Both the position numbers and the translations under genes were made by a program. The notes under the pieces were generated by a model. That model saw nothing but the letters and a program-made list of their open reading frames with translations. It had not been told where the DNA came from and did not search any database. A stretch of DNA of 64,000 nt from an uncultured virus (IMG/VR IMGVR_UViG_3300046009_005838) (taxonomy: Duplodnaviria > Heunggongvirae > Uroviricota > Caudoviricetes), in the IMG/VR virus record IMGVR_UViG_3300046009_005838; one strand, written 5' to 3'. Shown one piece after another: positions 38,301-46,489 of this stretch (position 1 is the stretch's first letter; each line of letters begins with the position of its first letter).

Positions 38301-39890
38301 GGAAGTAAACTCCTTCTTGCCTTCCTCAGAAAGTCCTTCTATTTTACTTTGCTCGGTAGCATAAGTTTCCAAGATTGCTTCCGCTTTCTCGTCCACTTTC
38401 TTTGATATCGCTTGCTTGGCTTCTGGGCTAACATTAGGATTCGACAAGTCGTTCATCATCTCATCGACTTGCTGCTTGTCTTGCGATGCCTTTTGTTTGT
38501 CAGCAGGGCTTTTGATAGCACTTGCGGCTTCGCCAAGACTTTTCATTACAAAACCTCCAACACCTTCTGATGCTGCAGCCCTAAAGAAATTGCCTGTAAA
38601 CTTTTGCCACCCTTCAAACTCAAAAGAATCTTCCTCTCCTTGGAGAGCATCTGTAATTTGCTTAATTGATTCCTCTACAAGAAACTGAGTTCCGCCCGTT
38701 TCTGCCTCTGCTAAAAAGCCGTTGACAAGTTTGGCCGCTGTACTTTCAAGAACTTCAGGAGTCATCTTAACGCCCATGTTCTTAATCTCATTCACAATCT
38801 TTCCGGTAAGATTTTTCATTACCGATTTATTCTGAATAAGATTCGAGAAACCCCTTTTCTCCAATAGCATAGCCGCTGTGCCTTGCGCTGCTGAATAAAG
38901 GAACTGAACAACAGGACTTGCGTCTGGCATTTCCTTTCTGATCTCTTTGTGAGCGTCAGCAAAAGTGCCTACGAAGAATCCTGACTGAGAAGGAGTAATC
39001 ATTTGAAAACTACTTTCTCCAAGCCCTAATATACCCTCGGCAATTATTCCTCCTTCTTTCTTTGTTCTTTCAATGAATTGGTCTGTCGTGCCTTTAGACT
39101 TAATCATATCGTCTAAAGTTTCTTTTATACCAACTCTTTCTCCCGTTTTGGAATCTTTTTTACCAAGGTTCTTTAGTGCTGTATCAACTTCCGCCATCCT
39201 TTGCTCACTCGTCATTTGCTCTCCGCCTTCAACAAGTTCTGGATATAATGATGTCATTACTGTTGATACGTTATACAAAATATCTTCACTATATTTAGTA
39301 AAACTGTTAGCAACAGAATTGTACATTGCGCCCAAGAGATTGCCCTTAAAAGACTCGCTTAAATCTTTCGATTCTTGTGCTTTCTTTTTTTGAAGTTCAG
39401 CCCTTAATGCAATTTGAACATTCGGATCTTTGAACGGCTCAATCTGCTGCGGAGTCGGCGCTGGCTTGATGACCGTTTGAGTCTGTATCACTTCCTCCCT
39501 CGGAAGTTGTTCCACTCGCCCAAACTCCTCTGGAGATAAATATTGTGGCGCGGAAGAAGGTGCAGGCATAGACGGTTCTTGCGGAACCATTGGTGTCTGT
39601 CCAACATTCTTTTGAGTACCCAAACCACTTCCGCTTTGTGGTGTGGGTGAAGGCTTTCCCAAGCCGAATTCAATGATCGCTTCATTCTCGGTCGCAGGAA
39701 CTACCTGAGAGAACACTTCATCATCCTTCAACGCACGGTACAATGTGCGCATCTTGTTAGGATCTTTGTATTCGTTTATGAAAGCATCAAAGTTGTCTGG
39801 AACAACCTGAGAAAATACTTCGTCTGATGCCATAGCATCGTACAGTAACTTAAATTTATCAGGTCCGCCAGAGTTTAATTCTTCGGTCAT
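29328..39890 (-). CDS. giant (3520 aa) large polyvalent protein, probably ejected virion cargo
   Basis: ART-PolyVal-like 'IKNPF...GYDSI...ELVVFD'; nuclease-like module 'VHLRMNTR...LFLEEVQSDW...DKIAWTTGEQQNERYDL'; HEIMH zincin motif; C-terminal LPD38-like 'DYDDLEDEEKNRNFII...YLRIPK'. Confidence 0.75.
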   Translation of the reverse strand: MTEELNSGGPDKFKLLYDAMASDEVFSQVVPDNFDAFINEYKDPNKMRTLYRALKDDEVFSQVVPATENEAIIEFGLGKPSPTPQSGSGLGTQKNVGQTPMVPQEPSMPAPSSAPQYLSPEEFGRVEQLPREEVIQTQTVIKPAPTPQQIEPFKDPNVQIALRAELQKKKAQESKDLSESFKGNLLGAMYNSVANSFTKYSEDILYNVSTVMTSLYPELVEGGEQMTSEQRMAEVDTALKNLGKKDSKTGERVGIKETLDDMIKSKGTTDQFIERTKKEGGIIAEGILGLGESSFQMITPSQSGFFVGTFADAHKEIRKEMPDASPVVQFLYSAAQGTAAMLLEKRGFSNLIQNKSVMKNLTGKIVNEIKNMGVKMTPEVLESTAAKLVNGFLAEAETGGTQFLVEESIKQITDALQGEEDSFEFEGWQKFTGNFFRAAASEGVGGFVMKSLGEAASAIKSPADKQKASQDKQQVDEMMNDLSNPNVSPEAKQAISKKVDEKAEAILETYATEQSKIEGLSEEGKKEFTSLSEQATSMEAVIADPNVSDATKQAVQSDLEETNKKIEAILASAKESPVTEQPTTNSQVNLDAIKYEIDRERKSLEEDIKFEEDYIAQRKKKGSLGKVKDWFLTEEWFPKKDKFLNSKKENLNLLNNDPKKYFELKLKEQMEWSEKNPDDSNDFLTSYYSGLIDKLNSTPNPLANVDSVIQAIDDGIQDRTFDANRFFEIIDTIPDGYVPDKYIVGNESVPRNYPEKQLAEAYFKAKADGSNPELVQAVEELLTPTQQQPTETAQPKPTAELSSQEIADKKAETQRTREDISEEGLQELNQGKSTDSEIEGQNIGSFKKVWGYLRGKYSGNIDLLIDFVANPSDYLLELNKVLAGVKVSKFGKAYSSFIEALEKQVDDINKKLDERVNKGIRENYPKAAMDKLIAERDNKKSENNKVLEEAKKLSDKYDAEIAAKESQTQPKTPTPSIEAQVAEIKSKPLTRIEGAGMGANQAVGTFVSTEPENRYAAQFPDAEVQSMEVDIKNPFVTEDTNLIDYRNEMINRRKGELDETDFTEVEIPSGEFTIDDLSDSGIEKVAAMVTEEMKAKGYDSIYFPQTDTQEGELVVFDREKVRRKGEAATTTEQAPTTESQTTKTAPVSEAKAEIEKRLKEEIISLEKDLKAIKFKDGNTLGKMFPNWSVEAATFIREQFKNAVTKEEYDKAVRYEALINFFDIVVENELKKQTPQQDATQTRNQQQSNQQQREGATRQQQGQQEDRANQEGNVAQGEAEAGGGNRVAEGGTEQEVSADTKQQIEAFGVAPEMVETVNSVILQVFDNLKKSGLTAAKNVGEWIGIGKGEEKPYSLKINGQDVQVRNVSPEVVNGFYSNTEKALSQVKQEKMSGNQWATQLLSRGANKEEMQFTGLEAFLKENASKPISKSDIDNFLKDNRIEIVEVVGSENEGNLPASSMRSTITSLQLEGERSNYKEILVTLPTQAEKAKAIDTGEGTWVIQYPDNSTSFVEYRSKEFAEKAIEEGIKNKGGMKRRNEYRSTHFDVPNILVHLRMNTRTDVDGNKVLFLEEVQSDWGQEGKKKGFADEAKERLYNERNKIIDDWRSTSTSLSKEEKERLNELESLASPAYLTDETYNELKSLRIKVRDGQNTAEKRIIELNAELGLDKYSTQQQYFASKTPAAPFVMDTNAWTKLGLKFALKEAVAQGADKIAWTTGEQQNERYDLSKSVEEIQYKKNSNGLYRIEIEFTNGDGQTGNVEERELEATVGKEIAQKIIETSTDSFQSIEGEGLKVGGKGMIDSYGSPSERSKKDNLTIKKEGELFAVKDEKGKTIRTFKQENEANKFKENYGLGIVGNVAKSLFKQVPATIEIKTATKGGESDMTNYKNGEYQENSTQYSIDVTPELKASVEGGQPLFKGSDAQYRIENGKNLVEAISDFNGSPRAVVAITHEIMHPTVVAIIDGAAQGNEIGAKHTQTIVDEYNKANPGSKVTVDQLIADNEVFKNGITSKQYRSVQEFIAESWEKYHTEGGKGFSKAFQEVLEQITKAFKAVYQSISGTQLTPELRKMFDEILGKDQTQALDKESGTIQLTPEQQTRVATRELLSDVSDWNKLGRKEKRSDSARKEAERLKAEAKSVGLTLETKAIKSGLRLVATNADGQVMTVDKVNKVMNPKRVVWSDANYAVQETTDANGNRVVEFYDAKTGDQIRSNSKEGAKAKEAYYEGNIQKFLGKDKPIDIDSLLDYYGMNEDGFNRAVLEAVAESDNAFEIAANYQNFVNHDADLVDTKYDPTYELAQLVGQVSEEDFIKYFDKNWLNKNSKWIDPNYKGDSIDTRILSWIETENKFAESDFAATLRGKDSSEILKEISDLVQAYPDGPQSIKPTKEGGLLPLASQKFRDITGKPLNPVTAYEFNEMFNRYADNQAFGFASKVAWEDLSPQQKQEIIDEQTRPVEDEFFFEGSDFENQSELFAENEQDQEGAEEFPTEGQRDEIEEDGFAMPTDEEMAAKSEEIQTDLQKAIQDVKDKFGDLFNQNMGIIYDPKVEARKLYNFHVALVNLAKTAIRSGINTAADFAKTLGKRLDKFTERAFNDAMNDLNGDPMIINSEQDMLNAEYQRVAESYAKQREDAKKLKKPFLKRFIEGVNAGWFDANYVAKKLLSDVGGFEAIKFKNLLGGASSKAKTQFETFKREIFGGLTSAEKKLLNDIIQARTVISIDNRYDAKGKPRIKHPGDTNKESQAIFLGQIEKSQPKLFNKLIDRSNKYFEAQRELLDERLKEGRISVEQYQGMVNNDYSKRVFLDYLLDDVESGSGLTSGGQGSVGRSDIKSLSDGDVNSLFHNAEWLLASNVLATSRSIFHNRANRSLYEIAKADPNNGFIEIQNPNGFNKETGQPTYKDPRSDQRQVQFFENGVRKSMLVTREFGESWNNNNPLLAPQYANAIRIVSGGVMKRLFATGINPLFALSNFPRDIAHSLFFTNAYSPNFPVALAQISTDLARTAKDAWKFNRTKDKNGRYYKYIMQGGGMDFLSTQGLPFEQQALLQSSAKEAMDAVGKVLGYINNSSEIWVRLAIREREAKKLTAKFARDNGRMPNTSEKESIESSATDVSRSQMDFSQGGRWAKAMDNLIPYLNASLQGLRVSVRYARENPKVFSYKVAQALAISAALAAYNMRFKDDYDDLEDEEKNRNFIIMLDFVKTVDGKKRRAYLRIPKNQSSQWIFAMGEIMGESMQAKEFRPRKGASTLQTLMPPYDPRNIPLIDALNTYETGYDRFREKYVYDKDYKGEAWAEYYENKTPWLWRDIGKQFGLSPIRLKAAVGKMTADPDNNMIWVAVTEGYDKLIKSVPEDEQKSINDMAIESMEQLLTPAQRKFLAYTNPDSKAKSIRELEASEATKVKLQNDTVKNYVNKYINNEMSEVDARSEFTEWFNTQPKDSVNTKRLKTRFENSIQFKDVDNVFYRMGQTDYPKVKAKILFYAYLKAKDKDAREVLLFQAKSNPNVPKDKSSEFWKEFERLKALGKE

Positions 39891-39891
39891 T

Positions 39892-41403
39892 TTATTTATT
39901 TCTTAAAAGTTCTTGTAATGCAGGATTCCCTTCCGATCTCTTTTTTGCTGATGGACTCAATGGTTTAGTTGCCGTTGACTCTTTAGCCTTAGCAGCAGCA
40001 GGCGGCTTTGTGTTTGTTTTAGGCTTGCTTGATGAACCACCTCCGCTACTTTTGGCTTCTGCTGCTTTGTTAGCTTCTAAATCTGCCAAAGACTGATTAA
40101 ATACAGCGGTAATTGCTGGCTGATCATTTTGTGACTCATCAAAACTTACAGACTGCATGAAGAGTTCGGCAGGCTGAACAATAGTTCTTCCTCCGCCACT
40201 TGTTATTGCTCCTAATATTTTTTCAGTAGCGCCATTCTTCTTAGCAATTTCAACTAACTCTCTAGGGATGATAGTGCCCTTTTTGTAGGTTGTTTTCTTT
40301 CCATTGGTAGTGGTCAAAGTAAACTCCCTTGTGAGCTGATGAACCTCTCCAAAACCATTAAAAACATACTGTTCATTTTCGCTTGTTTGAATTGGCGCTC
40401 CAGTGCCAATGTCATAGGCTGTTGCGGAAACTGGGAAAGTTGCCTTTTTGTCTCCAGTTGCATTCCAATTGTCAACTACAAAAGTGCCCAACTTAGGACG
40501 GCCAGTTGTAGGATCTAAATATGTCATTTGGAATTCCTGAGAACTTTTTCTTCCAACCCTTGCATCTTTCGTTGCATCGCCACTGCCAACATTGACTTCT
40601 ACGTTAATGCCTTTAGACGGCTTAACAACCCTACTTGGCTGAATCATCCCAAGTCCATCTTCAATAAACTTATTTCTTAAATCAGCTTCGTATTGCTCTT
40701 TCGTCCTGCCTTCTTTGACAACGCTATTGCCTGCCAAACGTCTGTATTTAGCTTTTATCGCAGGCTCATTGTCGTATGTGTATGCGAGAGCATTAGTTGC
40801 GCCAGCAACGTCTGTTTCGTAAATTTGGCGACCTAAAGCATCCATTCTATCAGTTGGGGCGTTCTTATACTTGCCAACAACATCAATCATGTACTTTGGC
40901 AAATCCACGTTATCAAAAGCAGTAGGCACATACCTTCCTGTTTGTTCATGCACCGTCAAATAATTATTGTCAACTAGAGTCTGAAAATCCGCTGGACCTT
41001 TTCCTGAATACATAATTCTATAATCAGCAGGAGTAAATGTCTGTCCACTTTCTGACGATTTGATCACCTTGTCGAAGTCATCCTTTTCGGCTACAAAATT
41101 ACCTGATCGCAATTTAATGTCATTCTTTGCTTCTTGCAAAGCAGAGTAATCCCCAGCAGCAGCAGCTTTCAAAATTTTGTCAACACCTTCTGCCATAATC
41201 CCTCTGACTTGTGAGATTCTGAATGGAAGATATTTGCCAGGATCAATGTCCGTAGCCTTCATGATCTCGTCAAGCTCCTTATCAGCTCGAACCTTTGCTG
41301 CTTTGTCGTCAACATCTTTCTGACGCTTGCGCATTGCCTCCAAAGAAGAATAGTCTTTCGGAGAGCCAGGATAGCCAATGAAGGGTGAAGTGTATGCTGC
41401 CAT
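39892..41403 (-). CDS. putative ejected/internal virion protein
   Basis: 503 aa, between the muzzle-like gene and the giant protein; position. Confidence 0.55.
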   Translation of the reverse strand: MAAYTSPFIGYPGSPKDYSSLEAMRKRQKDVDDKAAKVRADKELDEIMKATDIDPGKYLPFRISQVRGIMAEGVDKILKAAAAGDYSALQEAKNDIKLRSGNFVAEKDDFDKVIKSSESGQTFTPADYRIMYSGKGPADFQTLVDNNYLTVHEQTGRYVPTAFDNVDLPKYMIDVVGKYKNAPTDRMDALGRQIYETDVAGATNALAYTYDNEPAIKAKYRRLAGNSVVKEGRTKEQYEADLRNKFIEDGLGMIQPSRVVKPSKGINVEVNVGSGDATKDARVGRKSSQEFQMTYLDPTTGRPKLGTFVVDNWNATGDKKATFPVSATAYDIGTGAPIQTSENEQYVFNGFGEVHQLTREFTLTTTNGKKTTYKKGTIIPRELVEIAKKNGATEKILGAITSGGGRTIVQPAELFMQSVSFDESQNDQPAITAVFNQSLADLEANKAAEAKSSGGGSSSKPKTNTKPPAAAKAKESTATKPLSPSAKKRSEGNPALQELLRNK

Positions 41404-42158
41404 TATTCGCCAAATGGTTTTCCGTAAATTCCAGGAGCGCTTGACTCTTGAAGTAAATTGAAGTTAGCAAATCCGCCTTGTGGTGCATTAGTGTTGCTTG
41501 GAAAATATGAGCCAGATTGCCCTCCGCCTGCCATTCCGCCAAAACCGCCTTTGCCAAAGTTCCCTAAAGCAGCATTTTGGTTGAAGTACGAACCTACATT
41601 GCCAAGACTGCTTCCCAAAGTAGCTCCCGTTGCGCCTTCATCACGCATACGGTAATCAATCTTCTGAGCCGTCTGACGATTCTTTTCTCCTTGAGCAAAC
41701 CTTTGGGCACTAAAGGCATCTTGAATATTTCTTTGCATTTGGGTTGCATCATCTGCTGCAAATTGATTCACGGAACGAAGCCTTTGCCCCATGCCTCTCG
41801 AATTAATTGCTTGCGCCAATCCACCACCACTCATATCCCTTGCGTTTCTGAAATCGCTTTGAAGAACATTGCCTAAGTTGGATTGAAAGTTGGCAACCTG
41901 AGTTGGAGCGAAGCCATACTGGGCACGTTGCTCTGCACGGTTTACTGCATTTTCAACTCCTTGCAATGTTTGGTATTCAGGTCGCTCAATACGGTTTAAT
42001 TTAACCATATTGATTAACGAAGGAATCCCTTGGGCAAGACCAACGCCAAGAGTTCCGATACCGCTTGACAAACCTCCAGTCGCAACGTTTGAAGTAGCGC
42101 CAAACATGTTTCCTAAAAGTCCTGTAATTGCTTTTAATGTTTCTGGATCTATTGCCAT
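41403..42158 (-). CDS. putative ejected virion protein with Gly-rich membrane-interacting ends
   Basis: Gly/Leu-rich N-terminus, Gln/Ala helical middle, Gly-rich C-terminus, as in podovirus DNA-transfer proteins. Confidence 0.6.
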   Translation of the reverse strand: MAIDPETLKAITGLLGNMFGATSNVATGGLSSGIGTLGVGLAQGIPSLINMVKLNRIERPEYQTLQGVENAVNRAEQRAQYGFAPTQVANFQSNLGNVLQSDFRNARDMSGGGLAQAINSRGMGQRLRSVNQFAADDATQMQRNIQDAFSAQRFAQGEKNRQTAQKIDYRMRDEGATGATLGSSLGNVGSYFNQNAALGNFGKGGFGGMAGGGQSGSYFPSNTNAPQGGFANFNLLQESSAPGIYGKPFGE

Positions 42159-42163
42159 GTCAC

Positions 42164-45100
42164 TTAATTTATCGGGTTAAATGTACGCAAACTATCTGAA
42201 ATCAAAACTATGCAGTCGTTCAATTTTACCTCAGTGTTAGAAGGAAATTGGATTCTAAACTTTGTCCAAATGCCTTCCATCTGAGAGTTGTCGCCATCAT
42301 TGGTTCCATTTTCATCTAGCTCAAGTTTGATCGTTGAGTATTGATAACCCTCCCTTGTGTAAAAGTCAGATTCCAACAAGAAAGATTTTTTAATCCTTTC
42401 TCCGTCAGGATCATTTCTGAACAACGATTCAATGTCAACTCTCTCAGGCTTTACGTTTGAATTAATCATCAAAGCAAGCACCTTCTTGTTTACGTTCGGT
42501 TGCCAGTTCATTGTTAACTCGATAACTCCGCCTGGATAGTTTACGCCGTAAAACTGATTTGGTAATCCCACGTTGTGTAGAAAGAGTTGTGACCGTTCTG
42601 GCAATTCTAAGTTCGGGTTGGCTGTGAAATAAGTGCCTTTCCATGGCGCGTAAAAATTCGGTAAGAAGTAAGGGTAAAACGTAAATTTATTCTTTATCTC
42701 TGAGTAAGCAAAGGAAAAACAACTGTAATAGTTAGAGTTCAATATGTCAATTCTTTGCCATTGCGAAACACCATCAGCAGGCTCAATGCCAAGACTTGCT
42801 TGGTTGGCAATCCATATTTGCGGAATACCTTGCTTGATATCTCCGAAAATTACTCCATCTCCACCAAAGTATGCTACGTTTGAATCCCATGCCTTGTATG
42901 GTCGCCACGCTTTTACCGTAAAAATGTAGTTGTAGTTGTCATTGTCCCAAACGCCAGAAATTCCGAAGCCATCAGCAGGGGTGTCAGCATTCCTTGTCCA
43001 CTTCAAATACTTGTTGAAAAAGGTTCGGTTCATATCTCGCAACGAAAGGTTCTTAATACCATCGTCACCAAAGCGAAGCACGTTGGTAAACGTAGAGTTA
43101 ATCCACATTGCAGTATCTTTTCCTGACTGAGATTTCCCTTTCACCAAAGCTCCCGCTAAGTCAAGTCCGAACTGCGAAAGTTGATTCCCTTGTCTGCTTA
43201 AAACCGAACCGTCACCAATAAGGATCTGCCCTGCATCCTGAGAAACCAATTGGCCTTGGTTGTTGAAATACTCCAAAGTAAATCCTCGCTTTTGTGCCGT
43301 GAACAATCTGTTGTTTAAAACAATTCCACGTGTTATCGGACCTTGTATTTCAGGGTTGTCTTGGAAGTCAAGTGGTAAGATAATTCGAAAGAAGTCAACG
43401 GCACTATTGTTCGGCTTGAACTGTGACCAATACTTTCTCGAAAGGTATTCGCCCGTGTCTTGGTTCTCGGGATCGTAAACTGCCTGAGCTTGGACTTGGT
43501 TCAATACTTTGTAAGCAGGGTTGGATATGAGCTGATCGTTCTTATCTGGATCATTTTCTAACCAAGCAATATCATTTGTACTCGTTACCGGAAATACAAA
43601 GTTTGCCAATGAAGCAGTAGAAGAATCCCACAACCTTAGATTAGTATTGTTTTTATTTTGAGATATAATATTGAATCCATCCGCGCCACCAGTATTGGTT
43701 ACATCTCTAAAATATTTTTTCTTTAACCACATTTGCTGAGTAAATGTATCTCCACCAAAAATGGTACATGAAGATTCATCAACTTTAACTTTAGCATTGC
43801 AGTATATTGTTACATTGTTTTGAATAGTAGTTCCGTACTTATTCGATCTCCCTCTAAAATAAATAGCATAATAAAGACCTCTATCAAGATTTATACTATT
43901 ATTTTGAACATCTTGTGCTGTAATTATCAATGGGGACGATTGTTCTCTTCCATATTGATATTCAGAGCCTAAGAAAAATTCTTCAACGGTTTGCTTATTG
44001 TAATCTCCAAACGGAGTGTCGGTAAGTTCATTTGTGGCAGCAAACAAAACATTGTCTATATCGTATCTATTGGCTTGAGTTGATCCAAGTATCCCATTAA
44101 AAATGTTGAAAAAACTATCTCTATTTCCAACATTTCTTACGTTTGACAGACTGACAATTTTAAATTGCCCAAAAGTCAAAAGTTCATCACCGTCAATAAA
44201 AGAAACGGGTGCTGCTGCAATTAAATTATCTGGAGAATAAAAAGATGCTATTTTTCTTTGTGGCAAAGAAGGATCTGTATTATAATTTATCAAAGTTGTT
44301 GAACCGCCTATATCTCCAACAAAAGCTCTAAGAGAAAATGGAAAGTCATAAATTTGTTCAGCGCCAGGCGCAGAAGATAGTCTATTTGCCGCACCAGCCC
44401 ATATCCCCGTATTAAGAACTTCTGGAACTAAATCTGCGCGATAAATCCTAACTTCCTCAAACAAATCTCTTACCGGCACACCATCAATCTGATAGTTCCA
44501 ATCAACACCATTTAATTCAAGATAATACTGAAATAAATTTTGATCATCGTCACCAAGGTCGTAGTTAACAAAATCATCTTCTGATAAATTCCTACGATCA
44601 GTTGCGTTAGTAGGAAGAAATCTAAAATCATTATTGGTGCCAAAAGAATCTAAATAATCTTGCTGGCTTACAAAACGAACATCGAAAGCAAAGAATGCAT
44701 TAAGCGACTTTCCCGACTTCAATACAGGAACAGCATAAAATCTATACCATTCATAAACTTGGTATCCTACACGATTCGTAACCGCCTCTGGAGAGTAGAA
44801 TTCATTGAATGTTTCAGCACCAAAAGAACCGAACAATGGAAACTTCTTCAACGAATACTTAAACGTAGAAACCCAGTCACGACAATCAATTTGCTTTCCG
44901 GTAGTCACTGCCTCATAAACCAAACGGTTCTCAACGATAACATTGTCGGCAACCCTAATAATATCAGGCTGCACTTCATTTGCTAACTGAGCATCGAAAA
45001 ATGTAATGCTTGGCTCGTTTCCGTTATGCTCTAAAACAATCTCAGTTTGATCTTCGGAAAGAAGTTCCCTGCGGATATTAAATGCCAACGTAGTAACGGT

Positions 45101-46489
45101 GGTGGCATCTCCTGCATACTGAAAATAAATCAACTCAACGTACTTGAAAACGCCAGGCGTAATTCCAGTCAATCTCACACGGTTTATTTTGCCCGTAGAA
45201 ACGGTTGAAGGATTTCCATAGATAACTGAGTTGTCATCAATGTACTGGGGCGAGTAAACGGGAATTGGACCAGTCAACGGTGACAATTCACTTGCTGTCA
45301 GAGATTCAGTCAGAAATCGGATAGCATACCTTGCATTCCCCGCAGGGATATTCCCACCCGTTTGAGCTTGCTCCAAGTATTCAAGATCGTAACCCGTGAA
45401 ATTTATTTGACTCGAAGTTTCTTGCCTCAATGTAGCGTAAGCATATTGCCCAAACAAAGGATTCAATACCTTGATCGCTCCGTCAGGAATGTACTCTCCA
45501 CGGTAATAAGTCACACGTGGCACATTGAAATTATCAGTGTAATACATCTGAACCAGATTGCCAGAAGTTTGAACTTGTGGCGTGTAAATCTGCTTCTTGG
45601 TATTGAAGTTTAATGCCTTACTTCGGAGCAAGGGGGTGAACTGAAAACTATCGGTCAAGACATCCTCAGTCACCACACCAATGCATCCGTAACCATAAAT
45701 ATCTCTATAAGCCGTTCCGCCTCCACCGTAAGTTCCAGTGAAGAAAGAAGTATTCAAATAAAAATTGTTCTCGTCAATTACCGTTACGGTCCAAATGCCA
45801 TTTGCTTGCTGCACACCATTGACTGCGCCAATCGCAACGGAATCAAAGTTCGAAAGACCATGGTTTACGCAAGTGATGCCAACAGCAGAATTCACCGATG
45901 GATAAACATTGGTAATGTTTGATAACTGAGTCGGCAAATTCCTTTGAGTGGTAAGCCAAAAGAAAAGGTCATCAAGTAAATCGTAGCTGCCAATTGGAAT
46001 GTAATTGCCAACTCCAGTGTTCGAAATTGCTTCCTCTAAAATATCAGTTGAGCATCCTGTAATTTCTAGAACGTAATCCGAAAACGAAAAGTTTATGGTA
46101 ACGTCCAAATACGGTTCGGCACCAGTGCTTGCAAATTGAACTCCGAATGAAAGAGAAGAAAGATAATTGATAATGCTCGTCTTGATTCCTGCAATTGAAC
46201 CAGGTATTCCAAGCGGTGAAGATCCTTTTAAGTTTCCATTGATATCTCTCAATGTAACTACCAATGGAACAGTTATGTCATTGATATTTATTCTTGTCTT
46301 TTGGTTTCTTGCCGTTACAGAACCAAAGTCAATCTTGATAACATTCCCCCTTTGAGTAGTGAGAGAAGGAACGTCTATATCAGCAAAATCCATCCCTTCA
46401 AGGTTTGAATAATTGCCTTGTTTAATATTGTCTAAATCAGAATCTCTATCAAGTCCACCCGTAGAGGGCATTACAATCGGTCTTCTCAT
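42164..46489 (-). CDS. tail stabilization/muzzle protein (P22 gp10-like, crAss-like)
   Basis: 1441 aa; 'GGLDRDSD', 'YYTDNFNVPR', 'YAIRFLT', 'GQILIGDGSVL...FG', 'SFAYSE...KF'. Confidence 0.7.
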   Translation of the reverse strand: MRRPIVMPSTGGLDRDSDLDNIKQGNYSNLEGMDFADIDVPSLTTQRGNVIKIDFGSVTARNQKTRININDITVPLVVTLRDINGNLKGSSPLGIPGSIAGIKTSIINYLSSLSFGVQFASTGAEPYLDVTINFSFSDYVLEITGCSTDILEEAISNTGVGNYIPIGSYDLLDDLFFWLTTQRNLPTQLSNITNVYPSVNSAVGITCVNHGLSNFDSVAIGAVNGVQQANGIWTVTVIDENNFYLNTSFFTGTYGGGGTAYRDIYGYGCIGVVTEDVLTDSFQFTPLLRSKALNFNTKKQIYTPQVQTSGNLVQMYYTDNFNVPRVTYYRGEYIPDGAIKVLNPLFGQYAYATLRQETSSQINFTGYDLEYLEQAQTGGNIPAGNARYAIRFLTESLTASELSPLTGPIPVYSPQYIDDNSVIYGNPSTVSTGKINRVRLTGITPGVFKYVELIYFQYAGDATTVTTLAFNIRRELLSEDQTEIVLEHNGNEPSITFFDAQLANEVQPDIIRVADNVIVENRLVYEAVTTGKQIDCRDWVSTFKYSLKKFPLFGSFGAETFNEFYSPEAVTNRVGYQVYEWYRFYAVPVLKSGKSLNAFFAFDVRFVSQQDYLDSFGTNNDFRFLPTNATDRRNLSEDDFVNYDLGDDDQNLFQYYLELNGVDWNYQIDGVPVRDLFEEVRIYRADLVPEVLNTGIWAGAANRLSSAPGAEQIYDFPFSLRAFVGDIGGSTTLINYNTDPSLPQRKIASFYSPDNLIAAAPVSFIDGDELLTFGQFKIVSLSNVRNVGNRDSFFNIFNGILGSTQANRYDIDNVLFAATNELTDTPFGDYNKQTVEEFFLGSEYQYGREQSSPLIITAQDVQNNSINLDRGLYYAIYFRGRSNKYGTTIQNNVTIYCNAKVKVDESSCTIFGGDTFTQQMWLKKKYFRDVTNTGGADGFNIISQNKNNTNLRLWDSSTASLANFVFPVTSTNDIAWLENDPDKNDQLISNPAYKVLNQVQAQAVYDPENQDTGEYLSRKYWSQFKPNNSAVDFFRIILPLDFQDNPEIQGPITRGIVLNNRLFTAQKRGFTLEYFNNQGQLVSQDAGQILIGDGSVLSRQGNQLSQFGLDLAGALVKGKSQSGKDTAMWINSTFTNVLRFGDDGIKNLSLRDMNRTFFNKYLKWTRNADTPADGFGISGVWDNDNYNYIFTVKAWRPYKAWDSNVAYFGGDGVIFGDIKQGIPQIWIANQASLGIEPADGVSQWQRIDILNSNYYSCFSFAYSEIKNKFTFYPYFLPNFYAPWKGTYFTANPNLELPERSQLFLHNVGLPNQFYGVNYPGGVIELTMNWQPNVNKKVLALMINSNVKPERVDIESLFRNDPDGERIKKSFLLESDFYTREGYQYSTIKLELDENGTNDGDNSQMEGIWTKFRIQFPSNTEVKLNDCIVLISDSLRTFNPIN

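Noticed and set aside
29505..39685. Numerous + strand and alternate-frame ORFs within the giant gene (and similar ones inside other long genes)
   Set aside because: Shadow ORFs opposite or overlapping well-supported genes, with no recognisable motifs
29328..39890. Virion RNA polymerase call for the giant ORF
   Set aside because: No DFDID/DxDGD catalytic motif was seen; the motifs match polyvalent-protein domains instead
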